Assembly: GCA_937625935.1 (NCBI GenBank)
Contig: OW569395.1
Coordinates: forward strand, 1-64,000
DNA length: 64,000 bases
Reading direction: 5' to 3'
DNA from: Tetramitus jugosus
Taxonomy: Eukaryota > Protista > Heterolobosea
The translations under genes were made by a program, and so were the position numbers. The first letter of the stretch is position 1. Each line of letters starts with the position of its first letter. Under the pieces are notes generated by a model that was not told where the DNA came from, ran no database searches, and was given only the letters and a program-made list of their open reading frames with translations. Positions 11,551-21,541 of the stretch are shown in pieces.

Positions 11551-11611
11551 AATTGGTTGTGTTGGTTGAATGGATAGTTGACAAATGGTGAAAATTTGAA
11601 AATTTTTCAAC

Positions 11612-11677
11612 CAGTTGCTGTTGGCTTCAGTTGAGTTCAATCTTTCAGTTGAACTCAACTGAAGACATCAGCAACTG
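11612..11677. repeat. Imperfect palindrome, 29-bp arms with 8-nt loop
   Basis: cagttgctgttggcttcagttgagttcaa and ttgaactcaactgaagacatcagcaactg are complementary at 27/29 positions. Confidence 0.75.
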
Positions 11678-11724
11678 CATCAGCAACAATGTTGATCGAA
11701 ATGTTGAATTCGAACTCGCACAAA

Positions 11725-11903
11725 GGGAGCGTCCAGATATTATATTCACCTCTGACCCCCTCCCTGCCTGTTTTGAATAAATTTGAATAAAACATTTTCC
11801 TGTAAATTCGAACGTTACATTAATTCTCCTACTAGGATTGGGATCAAGAGACCCCCTATGAATAAAATATTGAATAAATTTCTCAGACCCCCTCCCTAGG
11901 GGG
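11725..11903. mobile_element. Truncated inverted copy of the Harbinger-type MITE
   Basis: Near-identical reverse complement of 11981-12158; begins gggagcgtccagatattat. Confidence 0.85.
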
Positions 11904-11904
11904 T

Positions 11905-12380
11905 GTCACAGGTCCTTTCCCAGGTTCGACGCACGATCTTCGAATGTGGAGGGGAGCGTCCAGATATTATTTCTTACGGCCCCCCTAGGGAGGGGGTCTG
12001 AGAAATTTATTCAAATATTTATTTAAAGGGGGTCTCTTGATCCCAGTCCTAGTAGGAGAATTAATGTAACGTTCGAATTTACAGGAAAATGGGTTATTCA
12101 AATTTATTCAAAACAGGCAGGGAGGGGTCAGAGGTGAATATAATATCTGGACGCTCCCGAGGATGTGGAGAGAGAGAAACGAAAAGTTTTTGTTTCGCTC
12201 TGAGCTTGTTCTCGCTGACAAAGCATACATCTCCGATGATCGGTGCTACTGTCCGTACAAGAGCCCAAAGAATAAAAAACTGGGATGGAAGAAGAGATTG
12301 TTCAACTATCTTCATGGAAGTGTGAGGGTGATCGTCGAACAAACAATTGGGAGAGTGAAAATTTTCAACATTCTGAAGAG
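11905..12380 (+). pseudogene. Harbinger/IS5-family (DDE_Tnp_4) transposase catalytic fragment interrupted by the MITE
   Basis: VTGPFPGSTHDLRMWR (11905-11951) joins MWRERNEKFLFRSELVLADKAY...PYK...FNYLHGSVRVIVEQTIGRVKIFNILK (from 12163). Confidence 0.88.
11952..12158. mobile_element. Tourist-like MITE, 207 bp, 19-bp perfect TIRs, 3-bp target duplication (GAG)
   Basis: gggagcgtccagatattat (11952-11970) and ataatatctggacgctccc (12140-12158); GAG at 11949-11951 and 12159-12161; inserted into transposase coding sequence. Confidence 0.85.
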
Positions 12381-12527
12381 GGGTGGTCATTTTATTTTTC
12401 CATTTGGATTTTCTCCACGCACGCACAACAAATCCGCCAACCCAACTTTTCGGCCAAGTCTAATAAAGTTGTTTTTGAAACGATTCTTTTTGGCGCCAAT
12501 CGATCACTTGTCACACACGCAAAATAA

Positions 12528-13307
12528 ATGACGAGAAGACAACGCGGAGGCATACAAAGTACAAATAAGAAGAGAAAGTTAAATCCTGTTGCTAATACAA
12601 CAGCGACTCCTGAATTCAGTAGATTGTTTGGAAGTGTACCAGCTGAACTATTAGAACAGATATTTCAATACTTGCAATTCAAGAAGAAACATGCAATACT
12701 ATTAGTGTGTTCTAATTGGAAATCAATTGTGACACCAATGATTTTCAATGAACAACTGGAACTGTATCGTTCATTTATTAGCAAAAGTAAGGGATATTCT
12801 GAAACATTGTTTGGATCGTATGAAGCTTGGGTTGATGCAGCATATGGAAGTGATGATGACAGTGACACTGAACAAAGGAGCCATTTAACTCTAGAGATTG
12901 AGATTGATAAAAGTTTTGACTTGAGGTTACACTCTTCAGATGATCGTGAAGATATTGTCACAACTAATGATATAGATGAAGTGACAACAATAGATGAAGA
13001 ATATTATGTCAATTTCACTAGCTCACTACCAGAAATTAAAGTGTGTTCGGATCATTTAATGGAAGATAACTATGAATTAGATCCAAGTAGATGCAGTGTC
13101 ACAGATGTTCACTTTCCAATGGAACAAAGAACTAAATATCGTGAATTACTTCAATCCATTAATTCATTGAAATCAAAAGTATCTAGTGGAACATTTGCCA
13201 AACGTAGTGAATATCTATTTGAAATGAATAATAATCAAATATGGCTTTTTACTTCTGATACAATTATTACTAAACAGAAGGATCAAGAATTCGATGAAGA
13301 TTATTAA
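12528..13307 (+). CDS. F-box domain protein
   Basis: SVPAELLEQIFQYLQFKKKHAILLVCSNWKSIV F-box motif; intact 259-aa ORF. Confidence 0.75.
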   Translation: MTRRQRGGIQSTNKKRKLNPVANTTATPEFSRLFGSVPAELLEQIFQYLQFKKKHAILLVCSNWKSIVTPMIFNEQLELYRSFISKSKGYSETLFGSYEAWVDAAYGSDDDSDTEQRSHLTLEIEIDKSFDLRLHSSDDREDIVTTNDIDEVTTIDEEYYVNFTSSLPEIKVCSDHLMEDNYELDPSRCSVTDVHFPMEQRTKYRELLQSINSLKSKVSSGTFAKRSEYLFEMNNNQIWLFTSDTIITKQKDQEFDEDY

Positions 13308-13329
13308 ACTGACAGTTCTTCATTCACTA

Positions 13330-14163
13330 TTATCCATTCTTCTGAAGATTTAATTTCTTCTGGAACTTCATCCTTATTTCCAATAATAGACATTCTTGAT
13401 CTATTTTCATTCTTCTATCATGTGCCATGGTTAAGATCCTCTCCATGTGTTGTTGTACTTTCTTGATCTTGTTATTAGCTATGGTCTTCTGTAGAGACAC
13501 AGACTCCTTCAACATGTTATTACTTGACGATTCTCTACCGCCTGACTGAGAAGAGAATGCAATTGCCTCTGATGAAAATCTAGAATCAAAGTCCCTCTTC
13601 ATATCCAACAATCTGGCATTCACTGGAGGTCTTGTTACTTGAACTAACTCCAGAAGAGGTCCTACTCTTTCACTGTCAGCGCTACCAAATAGTTTTGATG
13701 CGTTGTCTAGTATAGGTGCATCAATCACGTTGAAAGCATCAGTAGTACTCGAAAACGCTGCTCCAATACCACCTGTGTTACTAGCTGGAGCCGTTGCTGC
13801 ATACAAGGAAGCGATCTGCTGCTGGAACTGTGAGTTTTATTGTGGTCCCTTCTCCATTGTTACTTTAGCCATCTGTTCTTCTAATTCTCTATGTTGATTA
13901 TACAAGGAAAAGTTATTGAACTGATCTTGACCAAATGGAGGGAACTTCTCTTGATAGAAGTGCTGACCCTTTGTTCTCTTTCGTTCTACTTCTTTGTCTA
14001 GTTTCTTATACTCTTCCAGATCATTGAATTCTGGTAAGATCTTGGCCATTGCACTGCTCAGACCACCATCCCAAGCATCTCTGAGCTGTGGAGAGAGTTT
14101 TCCAGGACGCCGGCCAAAGAGCGCAACCTCTATGTGATTGTGCACACGAACCTTGTCAGTCAC
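13330..14163 (-). pseudogene. Unknown coiled-coil protein with one premature stop
   Basis: ORFs 13837..14163 and 13330..13806 share a frame, separated by a single TAA. Confidence 0.4.
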
Positions 14164-16187
14164 GATGGACAGGATCAGAGTGATCGTGTTGGTCCGTTTG
14201 GTAGTTTGTCGAGCATTGCTCAGTCACCTGGTTGCATCGATCGTCTCCAATGGTACGAGTTGATCAAGAGTGAAGTGACACTAGGATTGACCAGCATGTT
14301 TGTCAAGGCTGGCTTTGTGCTTGATCTCAATGACACAAACTCAATCATGTTCAACTTTCAAGGTGGTATCACTGACGATGGTTTCAGGGTGGATGTCAGA
14401 TGGAAGATCAACCAAGAGAACCTCTTCTTTATGCGCATGGCAGAACAGCGTGTCTTCATGGTGCACTATGCAGATGCATTCAAGAGTGGTTTGACCGTGA
14501 AGGATTGGTTGCCACAACACGACATGACTCTGTATCGAGATGGACTGCAATATTTGACGATTGCGAGTTGCCCAGGTGGATTGGGAGAAGTGTTTCACCA
14601 CTCGAGTGGAAATGATGTCACCCAGCCAGATTTTGGTGTGAGTTTACCTCAGTTCACATTCGGTGATACACCCTTGCTGTCGGAGCACATGGACACACTT
14701 GATGTCGAATCGACACAAGGTCGAAGAGGTTGTTGAACAAGAGGAAGCGGACCTTGACGACAGTGACCTGGAACAAAAAACCTACGAAGAAATTCTGCAA
14801 GAGATTGTCACGGTGTCTGGCAGCAAAGTGGATGGAGAGATTTGTCATGTCCGACCTGTTGATTCCTTCTACCCGAAAGTGGTCATCAACATGCGTCGCA
14901 AGGACAGTGAAGATTTGTGTCCTACGTGTGGTGAATGTTGTAACTCACTCGGTACACTCGATTTGGAGAAGAGACCAGGTCAATTGTTGTCCATCACTCC
15001 ACGATGCAAGGGCTTGGATGACAAAATCACTTTGCGAGTGGCCCATAAGTTTACGTTGCACCATCATGGCATCAGACGAGTGAGACACCAGTATGGACAA
15101 ACCAACACTTCGCAATTGACTGTTGAACAACGCAAGGCATTCAGCTCATTGGTTGATCGTTTCTTTTGTTACGACGATCCACTCAGGGTTCACTTGCCAA
15201 ACAATGCACTCAAGGATGACAACAGCAAAGTCAAGAAGATTGTGTACGAGTCAGACTATGTGAACGACATTGAGTTTAGCGATGATCAGACCACCATTTT
15301 ATTGAAGAGTGAGACTGGAACGGGCAAGAGCACCTTTTCATTCAGACAGACAATGAGTTTGATCCTAGACAAGAAGGTACATAATGCTCTGTGGATGGTC
15401 AGTCGTCAAACCTTGGCACGATCCATCAAGGGTGATATTGACTCGGTGATTGCTCAGAAAGGATTCTCGTTTGCCAAAAAGGAATACGTCTTTGAGGGCG
15501 ATGAAGTGGTGGCTTGCTACTTGGACCTGGGCATTGATGAACAGAGAGGCAGTCGTCTGTTGATCATCTCTCCCGATTCCTCTGGCAATCTGTTTAAGGA
15601 GGGCGATGCACAGGGCAGTGCCTACAACGAGTTGGTGTCGTTTGACATGGTATGTGTGGATGAACTCGATTCCTTCCTTGCCTATCTAGCCAGTTCATCC
15701 ACCTTGAGCAAGAATCGAGTGTCCGTGGTTGCTCGAACCAATGCATTGATTCAAAGTGCCACCTACTTTTTGGGCATTGATGCTGATTTGTCTGACTTGT
15801 CACTCCGTTACATGAGCAAGCTTCGAGACCAGAGTAAGACAATTCTCGTACACAACACCAAGAAGACGAACAAAAAGTCGTACCGCATCCTCCAAACCTT
15901 TGACTGTGGGTTGGAGAAGTTACAGCGATTGATCCAGCGAGGAAAGAAATTCATTGTGCCATGTGACACCAAAGAGCAGGTTCACTTGTTGGCACAAAAG
16001 TTGCGTGATGAAGGTCACGTGATTGTGGAAAGACCAAGGTGACAACCCACCACCAAGAGTGCCTGGAAAGCTTCGTGTGTTGCTCTACCATGGTGAATCA
16101 CCCAACAGACACAAGAAGACAATTGGCTCATGCAACAGGGTGTGGCTTGAGTACGACATTGTGATTCACAGTCCATGCATCTCCTGA
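14134..16187 (+). pseudogene. Virus-like primase(AEP-like)-Zn-UL9-type SF2 origin-binding helicase, frameshifted and truncated
   Basis: LLKSETGTGKST (Walker A), VSRQTLA, IISPDS, VCVDELDS (Walker B), LGIDADL. After a frameshift, WLEYDIVIHSPCIS matches UL9 motif V (16083-16184). Upstream are the CPTCGECC zinc ribbon and DMTLYRDGLQYLTIASCP, which resembles AEP motif III. Confidence 0.75.
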
Positions 16188-16732
16188 AGTAATGGACATC
16201 CGCGGAACATGTGCTAATATTGCTGGTGAAGGTTTAGTATTGGTGATTGTTGAAGTGGATGTTGATTAGAGGAAGGCTGTGCCATTTTCCACAATCGGGG
16301 AATGCACGACTTCCCCGTTTCTCTTGGCTTCGTATCTCCACTGCGCATTTTAATAGCTTCTTTTCGAGCATCAGGGTGACGTATTGGACATCTATTGATT
16401 TCGATGAATGTTTTTATTCGACCATCTTTCAAACAGTCTATCTTTGCCAAAAGACAGTGTGTTGTCTCTTTTTTGTTCCGCTACGCATTTGAGATAGAAT
16501 CACTCTAATGATCTACTAATCTTGTGGTGAAGTCATCAGCTTGCAACCAGAAGAGTCCTTGATTCTCTCAAATCTCTGCTGATCTGAGAAAAAAAATCCA
16601 AGTAGAGGAGGAGCTTTTTGAAATGCAGGAAAAATGATGTAATACATCGTGTGACATTGCAGTCATCACTCTTTCTGTCAAACAGCAATAGAAAAAGGTT
16701 GAGTTGTTCAGCCCTTTGATGACTTTTACCCA

Positions 16733-17878
16733 CTACAGCAAATCATCAAAGTGTTTTTTAACATGATCCTTGTGATGCTCCAAGTAACTTTGGAGAATGT
16801 CCTTGTGCTTTTCAAAGAACTCTCGATCTTCGTGCAGAACCTGTTTTGTGTACTCAAGGGCAAATTCTGGGCGCATCACCGAAACCGCATAGTTGTTGTG
16901 CATCTTGACAGATCCACCAACATGAACACCGGTGAAGAATAATAGTTGGCCAGTTTCGTCCATATCTTCTACAGTCATGAACAAACCACCAGAAGTACCT
17001 CTTAAAGTGGGACACATGTGTCTGATGAACTGTTGCTCTTGATATTTGAAGGTAGTGGCAACAGACAATGTCTTCTTCTCATAGTCGTAAGTAAGCCTAC
17101 ACACTCGGCTATACATCTCCTTGACCTTTTCTTGATCTTGGTACACTGGATGATCTTTGAGATAGTCAACAAACTTATTCATATCAATCGTACCAGGGTA
17201 TCCAACCACAAAGCAAGACGTTTCAGATTGTCCAGTGGTTGTCCTTGGAATCTTTGGTAGAAGGTATTTTTGAAAGTGATGGTCACCCTTGCTCCTCAAG
17301 AATGCAAAATCATTTGCTGTGCTCCAGAAAAGGTCTGCATCAAGTTTCATTTGGATTTTATGACCCTCCTGTCCGTCAACCCATTTGTAAGGAAGTTCAA
17401 GTTCCACTGCTACATTACTATTTGTCAACTGAGAGGTGATTACTCTGCTTTCGGCATTGACTCTTGGGCAGAAGTAAGCAGTTTGAAAATGGTAACTCTT
17501 GCCAGTTTCTTTGTCTTGATGTATGGCCTTGACAACGTGTTGGGCTGTAAGCACCATTCTAGGAGAGACTGCAAACCCAGTTCCTGAGTAGATACGTTTT
17601 TGAGGGTTAAAGAGGTCCTGGGACTTGTACACTGCAAAGATTCTTCCAACACAAGATGCAGTAGCTTCAATATTCTTCATCAATTCCTTGTTCTGACTCT
17701 TTGGAGGGACGATCACATTTTCGTTGTAGTAATCAAACATGTACACTTGTCCGATTGCCTCTCCATTTTCATCGAAGAAGTAGCATTCATCATTTTCAGA
17801 CGAAAGTTCAGACACTGAATCATGAGCGTCTTCACGAATGATCATTGGTCCTGTCCACAAATCAGTATAGTCGGTCAT
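16733..17878 (-). CDS. Trypsin-like serine protease (Trypsin_2 family)
   Basis: SGTGFAVSPRMVLTAQHVV (His), NDFAFL (Asp), GTSGG (Ser); likely start MTDYTDLW. Confidence 0.85.
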   Translation of the reverse strand: MTDYTDLWTGPMIIREDAHDSVSELSSENDECYFFDENGEAIGQVYMFDYYNENVIVPPKSQNKELMKNIEATASCVGRIFAVYKSQDLFNPQKRIYSGTGFAVSPRMVLTAQHVVKAIHQDKETGKSYHFQTAYFCPRVNAESRVITSQLTNSNVAVELELPYKWVDGQEGHKIQMKLDADLFWSTANDFAFLRSKGDHHFQKYLLPKIPRTTTGQSETSCFVVGYPGTIDMNKFVDYLKDHPVYQDQEKVKEMYSRVCRLTYDYEKKTLSVATTFKYQEQQFIRHMCPTLRGTSGGLFMTVEDMDETGQLLFFTGVHVGGSVKMHNNYAVSVMRPEFALEYTKQVLHEDREFFEKHKDILQSYLEHHKDHVKKHFDDLL

Positions 17879-17939
17879 TGTTTGATTGTTTTTGTGTGAT
17901 AATAAATGCAACGACTTTTTGACAAATAGAATCGACAGC

Positions 17940-18427
17940 AACCTTCCTTTATGGAAGATAGTACCGTCCCGGTTCCTACTAACCTCAATACTGAATACTC
18001 TACTCATAGACCAAGGACACGAATCGCTCGAAATACACTGAGAGTGAACCATTTGAGGAGATTATGCAGACATTTACTATACAGAGTTCAAGGATATGGA
18101 TACAATAGGTAATGTAGTATTCAATTATGACTCTGTGGTGTTGTTCATACAATCCTGACAATCATTTCACCATCGAAAGGTATATCAAATGGTAGTTACA
18201 AACCTGATGAATTCGGTTTATTCATTGATCCAAGTGGTGGAGGTGGTTCATCATTTGCATTGGTAATTGCAGCACTAACAAGTGACAATCTACTATTGGT
18301 AGGTAATTCAATCACATGTACGAATGGATAGGGAGATAGAGAATTATTAGAGATCAAGAGTGCTCATAAGGGTGTCCGATACGTTGACATGCTGTGTGCT
18401 TTTTGGAAGGCACTTGATCAGGAATGA
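17940..18427 (+). pseudogene. Putative terminase large subunit fragment (ATPase-nuclease junction), herpes/mirusvirus-like
   Basis: Not in the ORF track. One frame reads NLPLWK...DYADIYYTEFKDMDTIGNVVF; after a frameshift it reads FGLFIDPSGGGGSSFALVIAA (about 18212-18274), resembling the terminase RNase H-fold DP-x-GGG-x-S motif. Confidence 0.45.
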
Positions 18428-18517
18428 GATTGGAAGGGCAGTTAACCACAACACCACGAACAAGAAATAGGAGTGTCAACCGTTTGATCCCAAATTTTTT
18501 TTAGTTTTTCGTTTTTG

Positions 18518-19756
18518 TTATTCTCTGATCCTCCATGGGTGTAAAGGATCCTCCCTTTCCAAGGCACGGATAAGTTTTTGGTTGTTTTTCATTGTCGTTC
18601 TCAATGTATCAACCCAGGACGGCGCTTCATCCGAAAGAGTTCTCCTCAGGTAATTGAGTTCTTTATCTAATTCCTTTGCGTGATGGAGGACAACATGATA
18701 AACATCTGTACTGGTGACCAATGAAGCCAAGAAAATGAGATTCTCACAGGCTTCTCTCGTGGTGGGTATAGACATCCATCGGCTGCGATATTTCTCAAGT
18801 GGTTCCTTCTTGATCCGAACAACAAAGCGAGCACCCAGAGCCTGTCTAAGATCTTCAATGAGGAAGATCATCCAAATCTTGATATTGCTTTGGAGTAGGT
18901 GCCATAGTGCTGGATGTTCTTTGAGTGATTCCACACCAGGGAAGGCAAAGGTGTCCAGTGGGTACATGTTGGACTGCAAAAGGTTGAATCTTCGGAGAAC
19001 AGACTCAATCTCATCCAGTGGCATCGTATTCAGAGTATAATTGATTTGACTGTCGTCCGTCGCTTGGGTGGAGTGTTTGCCAATGTAAATGTTCTTGCAT
19101 TGATTGTCTGTTGTGATTCGTGCCAGTTCCCAACCGTTTTTGGTATTGTACCAAACCACTTGCATAAGAGAGGGGAATGTACAGTGCACATGTGGAATTG
19201 GTACATGTGCTGAGGAGCTGCCCCCACAATCAATGGAAATTGTTTCGAGTTGTTGGATAATCTGACACTCCTCCAATGAATTGAGATACTCGACCATTGA
19301 TACATGGACAATCAGGTTCTGGAGGCGAAGAGCAGAAAGGTGGGTCACATGAAGACAACGCAAAAAGTACAAATAGGCAAGACCCACACATTTGTCTCTG
19401 TGTTCTTGTCGGGAAGCATCGACCACTGTAATCTTGAGCAACAGGTCTGTGATTGATTTGAAGAAGATGACATTCACGGCACGTAGTCTAACTAGGTCAG
19501 AAATAGGATCCAGGAACGAGAAGATGGTAGGGAAGATGTCGTCCGAAAGAAAGGAACTGTTGTAAGTTCTTTCTGCCGCAATTGTTGTGATGGTTGGAAA
19601 TGTCCTGTCACGCCTCCGGTTCCACAATGCGAGACCGAATATGCCGTTCTTTCCTCTTATGTAATTCAAGGTACTAACGAGGCGACTATGGAAGGAACGT
19701 TTTTTGAGCTTTGGGCGCATTTTTTGTTTTGGTTTTGGTTTTGGTTTTCGAAACAT
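18518..19756 (-). CDS. F-box-like protein
   Basis: FLSDDIFPTIFSFLDPISDLVRLRAVN F-box-like motif; 412-aa ORF with a basic N-terminus. Confidence 0.65.
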   Translation of the reverse strand: MFRKPKPKPKQKMRPKLKKRSFHSRLVSTLNYIRGKNGIFGLALWNRRRDRTFPTITTIAAERTYNSSFLSDDIFPTIFSFLDPISDLVRLRAVNVIFFKSITDLLLKITVVDASRQEHRDKCVGLAYLYFLRCLHVTHLSALRLQNLIVHVSMVEYLNSLEECQIIQQLETISIDCGGSSSAHVPIPHVHCTFPSLMQVVWYNTKNGWELARITTDNQCKNIYIGKHSTQATDDSQINYTLNTMPLDEIESVLRRFNLLQSNMYPLDTFAFPGVESLKEHPALWHLLQSNIKIWMIFLIEDLRQALGARFVVRIKKEPLEKYRSRWMSIPTTREACENLIFLASLVTSTDVYHVVLHHAKELDKELNYLRRTLSDEAPSWVDTLRTTMKNNQKLIRALEREDPLHPWRIRE

Positions 19757-20479
19757 GGTATGTTTGCTTGTTGTGTTACCAACAGCCCAGGTGATGTCTT
19801 GTCTCCACTCTTTGTGCGATCAGAGTGCAAAAAAGTACCTTGAAATCGACGAGCAGGTATGCTACGGGGTCTGAAATATAATAACGAAGGACAAACCAAT
19901 TGGTCCACCTCACCTTCATTCAAACTTGGAAACGTGTCCTACACAATAGAAAAAACACCTTCTACAACAAAGATTCATGGACTTGAACAACGATTCATCT
20001 CCAAAAATCCAATATCCTTGGAAAGTAGTCACGATTTGATCTCACCTTCAAATTGTCCAACAATTGAAATATTGTTTGACTTCTCGTCTCAATACGAACC
20101 GACCCAACAATGATCCTTACAAATGATGTTCAGATGGGGTCCCCCTTGATAACGGAAGATATAGGTTTCTGCCCAACCGGAATGCCTTGACGTTTGACGA
20201 GATCACTCGGATTTTTTGGAGGTGTTGTTTCGAACCAGAGTGGAGAGAACTACGTTCGTGGAAAAATCTCAAGTCCTTAGGTCATCTCACCATCTAGATT
20301 CCCATTCCTCCTCAATAATTGTTTCATTGCGGTCAAAGACAATGTATTTGGTCAAAGACAACCCAATTGTGGGCTATGATACTGGTGTGAGCACTGTCGA
20401 AGTAGCTTGAGGGTTTCGGAGTGGAGAAGTTTGCTGCAAAATTGATTAGCGATGCCAGCATGTTTATTGACTGTATGTA

Positions 20480-21322
20480 TTACTCCCAATTACCGTCCGT
20501 CGTGACTGAAAGATCTCTGAAAGCGTTGATCTGATCCTGTTTCTCTTTCATTCCATTTTCAGCCAATCCGACAACATCTGATCCTGCTAAAAAGGTTACT
20601 GGTGGATTCTCAAGCTGTGAGAGTTTAACAATGAGTGAACCAAGCTTTACTGGGTCTCCCAGTTGCTTTTGATTACGATTTTCATAGGAAGTGGTCAAAT
20701 CCTGCATCGGTTTGGCATAGTCTTCAATGCTCTTCGTGTTCTTTGAATACTTGATTGAAGTCGGGTCTAGAAAATCTGTTCTGAAGGAACCTGGTGATAC
20801 ACAAGTGACATGAACCCCAAAGGGAGCTAGTTCTTGAGCGATTGACTCTGAGAAACCTTGAACTGCAAATTTCGTAGCAGAGTAACTGGAAACACCAAAG
20901 AATCCCTTCCAACCTACTCCTGAAGAGATGTTAATTATATGTCCACTTCGCTGCTTTCTCATAATGGGAGCTACAGCATGAGTAACAGCCATCAAACCAA
21001 AAACATTGGTGGCAAACTGATTGCGAATCTCTTCCATTGAAGTCTCTTCGAATACACCAATATGGCCATATCCAGCATTATTCACGAGAATATCGATGCG
21101 TCCAAAACGATTCATAGCGGCTTGAACTGCTTCTTGTACTTGACTCTCATCACTAACATCCACTAGAGTAGTTAGGAGGTTATCTGATGTACCGAATGCT
21201 TGATTCAGAACGTCCACGTTACGTCCTGTTGCCACAACTTTTGCGCCAGAGTCGAGTGCTGCTTTTGCAATCTCTTTGCCAATACCGCGTGCTGCGCCAG
21301 TGACGAACCATACTTTACTCAT
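20480..21322 (-). CDS. Short-chain dehydrogenase/reductase (classical SDR)
   Basis: VTGAARGIG, NNAGYG, YSATK; intronless, bacterial-like. Confidence 0.95.
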   Translation of the reverse strand: MSKVWFVTGAARGIGKEIAKAALDSGAKVVATGRNVDVLNQAFGTSDNLLTTLVDVSDESQVQEAVQAAMNRFGRIDILVNNAGYGHIGVFEETSMEEIRNQFATNVFGLMAVTHAVAPIMRKQRSGHIINISSGVGWKGFFGVSSYSATKFAVQGFSESIAQELAPFGVHVTCVSPGSFRTDFLDPTSIKYSKNTKSIEDYAKPMQDLTTSYENRNQKQLGDPVKLGSLIVKLSQLENPPVTFLAGSDVVGLAENGMKEKQDQINAFRDLSVTTDGNWE

Positions 21323-21541
21323 TTCTATTCACTATGGATTATGTCTTGTTGTCTGAGGCTCTTGACAACTTTCTCTCTAAAAAAGTCATTTCGAAAGCGC
21401 AATCTCGCCTGGATACAAAATGCGCCAAAGCGAAGAGATATTTTCCTGAGTCCGCTTCAACGTAATTTGACTTCATTTTTCAAGTTGACAACGATACGAT
21501 AAAAACCCCTTAACAACTCTTCGTGACAACAGATAACAGAA

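Larger units (their letters stand above)
10427..12380. mobile_element. PIF/Harbinger element remnant (left TIR, Myb/SANT-like ORF, transposase fragments)
   Basis: gggagcatccag terminus at 10427, related to the MITE TIR; divergent Myb-like ORF and DDE_Tnp_4-type transposase; right end not found. Confidence 0.7.

Noticed and set aside
13837-13839. Stop-codon reassignment suggested by in-frame TAAs here and at 3775
   Set aside because: Conserved genes (DYW-PPR, ITPA, SDRs, BCP) end at TAA/TAG/TGA where expected, and the affected region is full of frameshifts; these are pseudogene lesions.
19720-19750. ttttgg repeats as an interstitial telomere
   Set aside because: The unit is TTTTGG, not TTTGGG, and it encodes KPKPKP at the start of an ORF.
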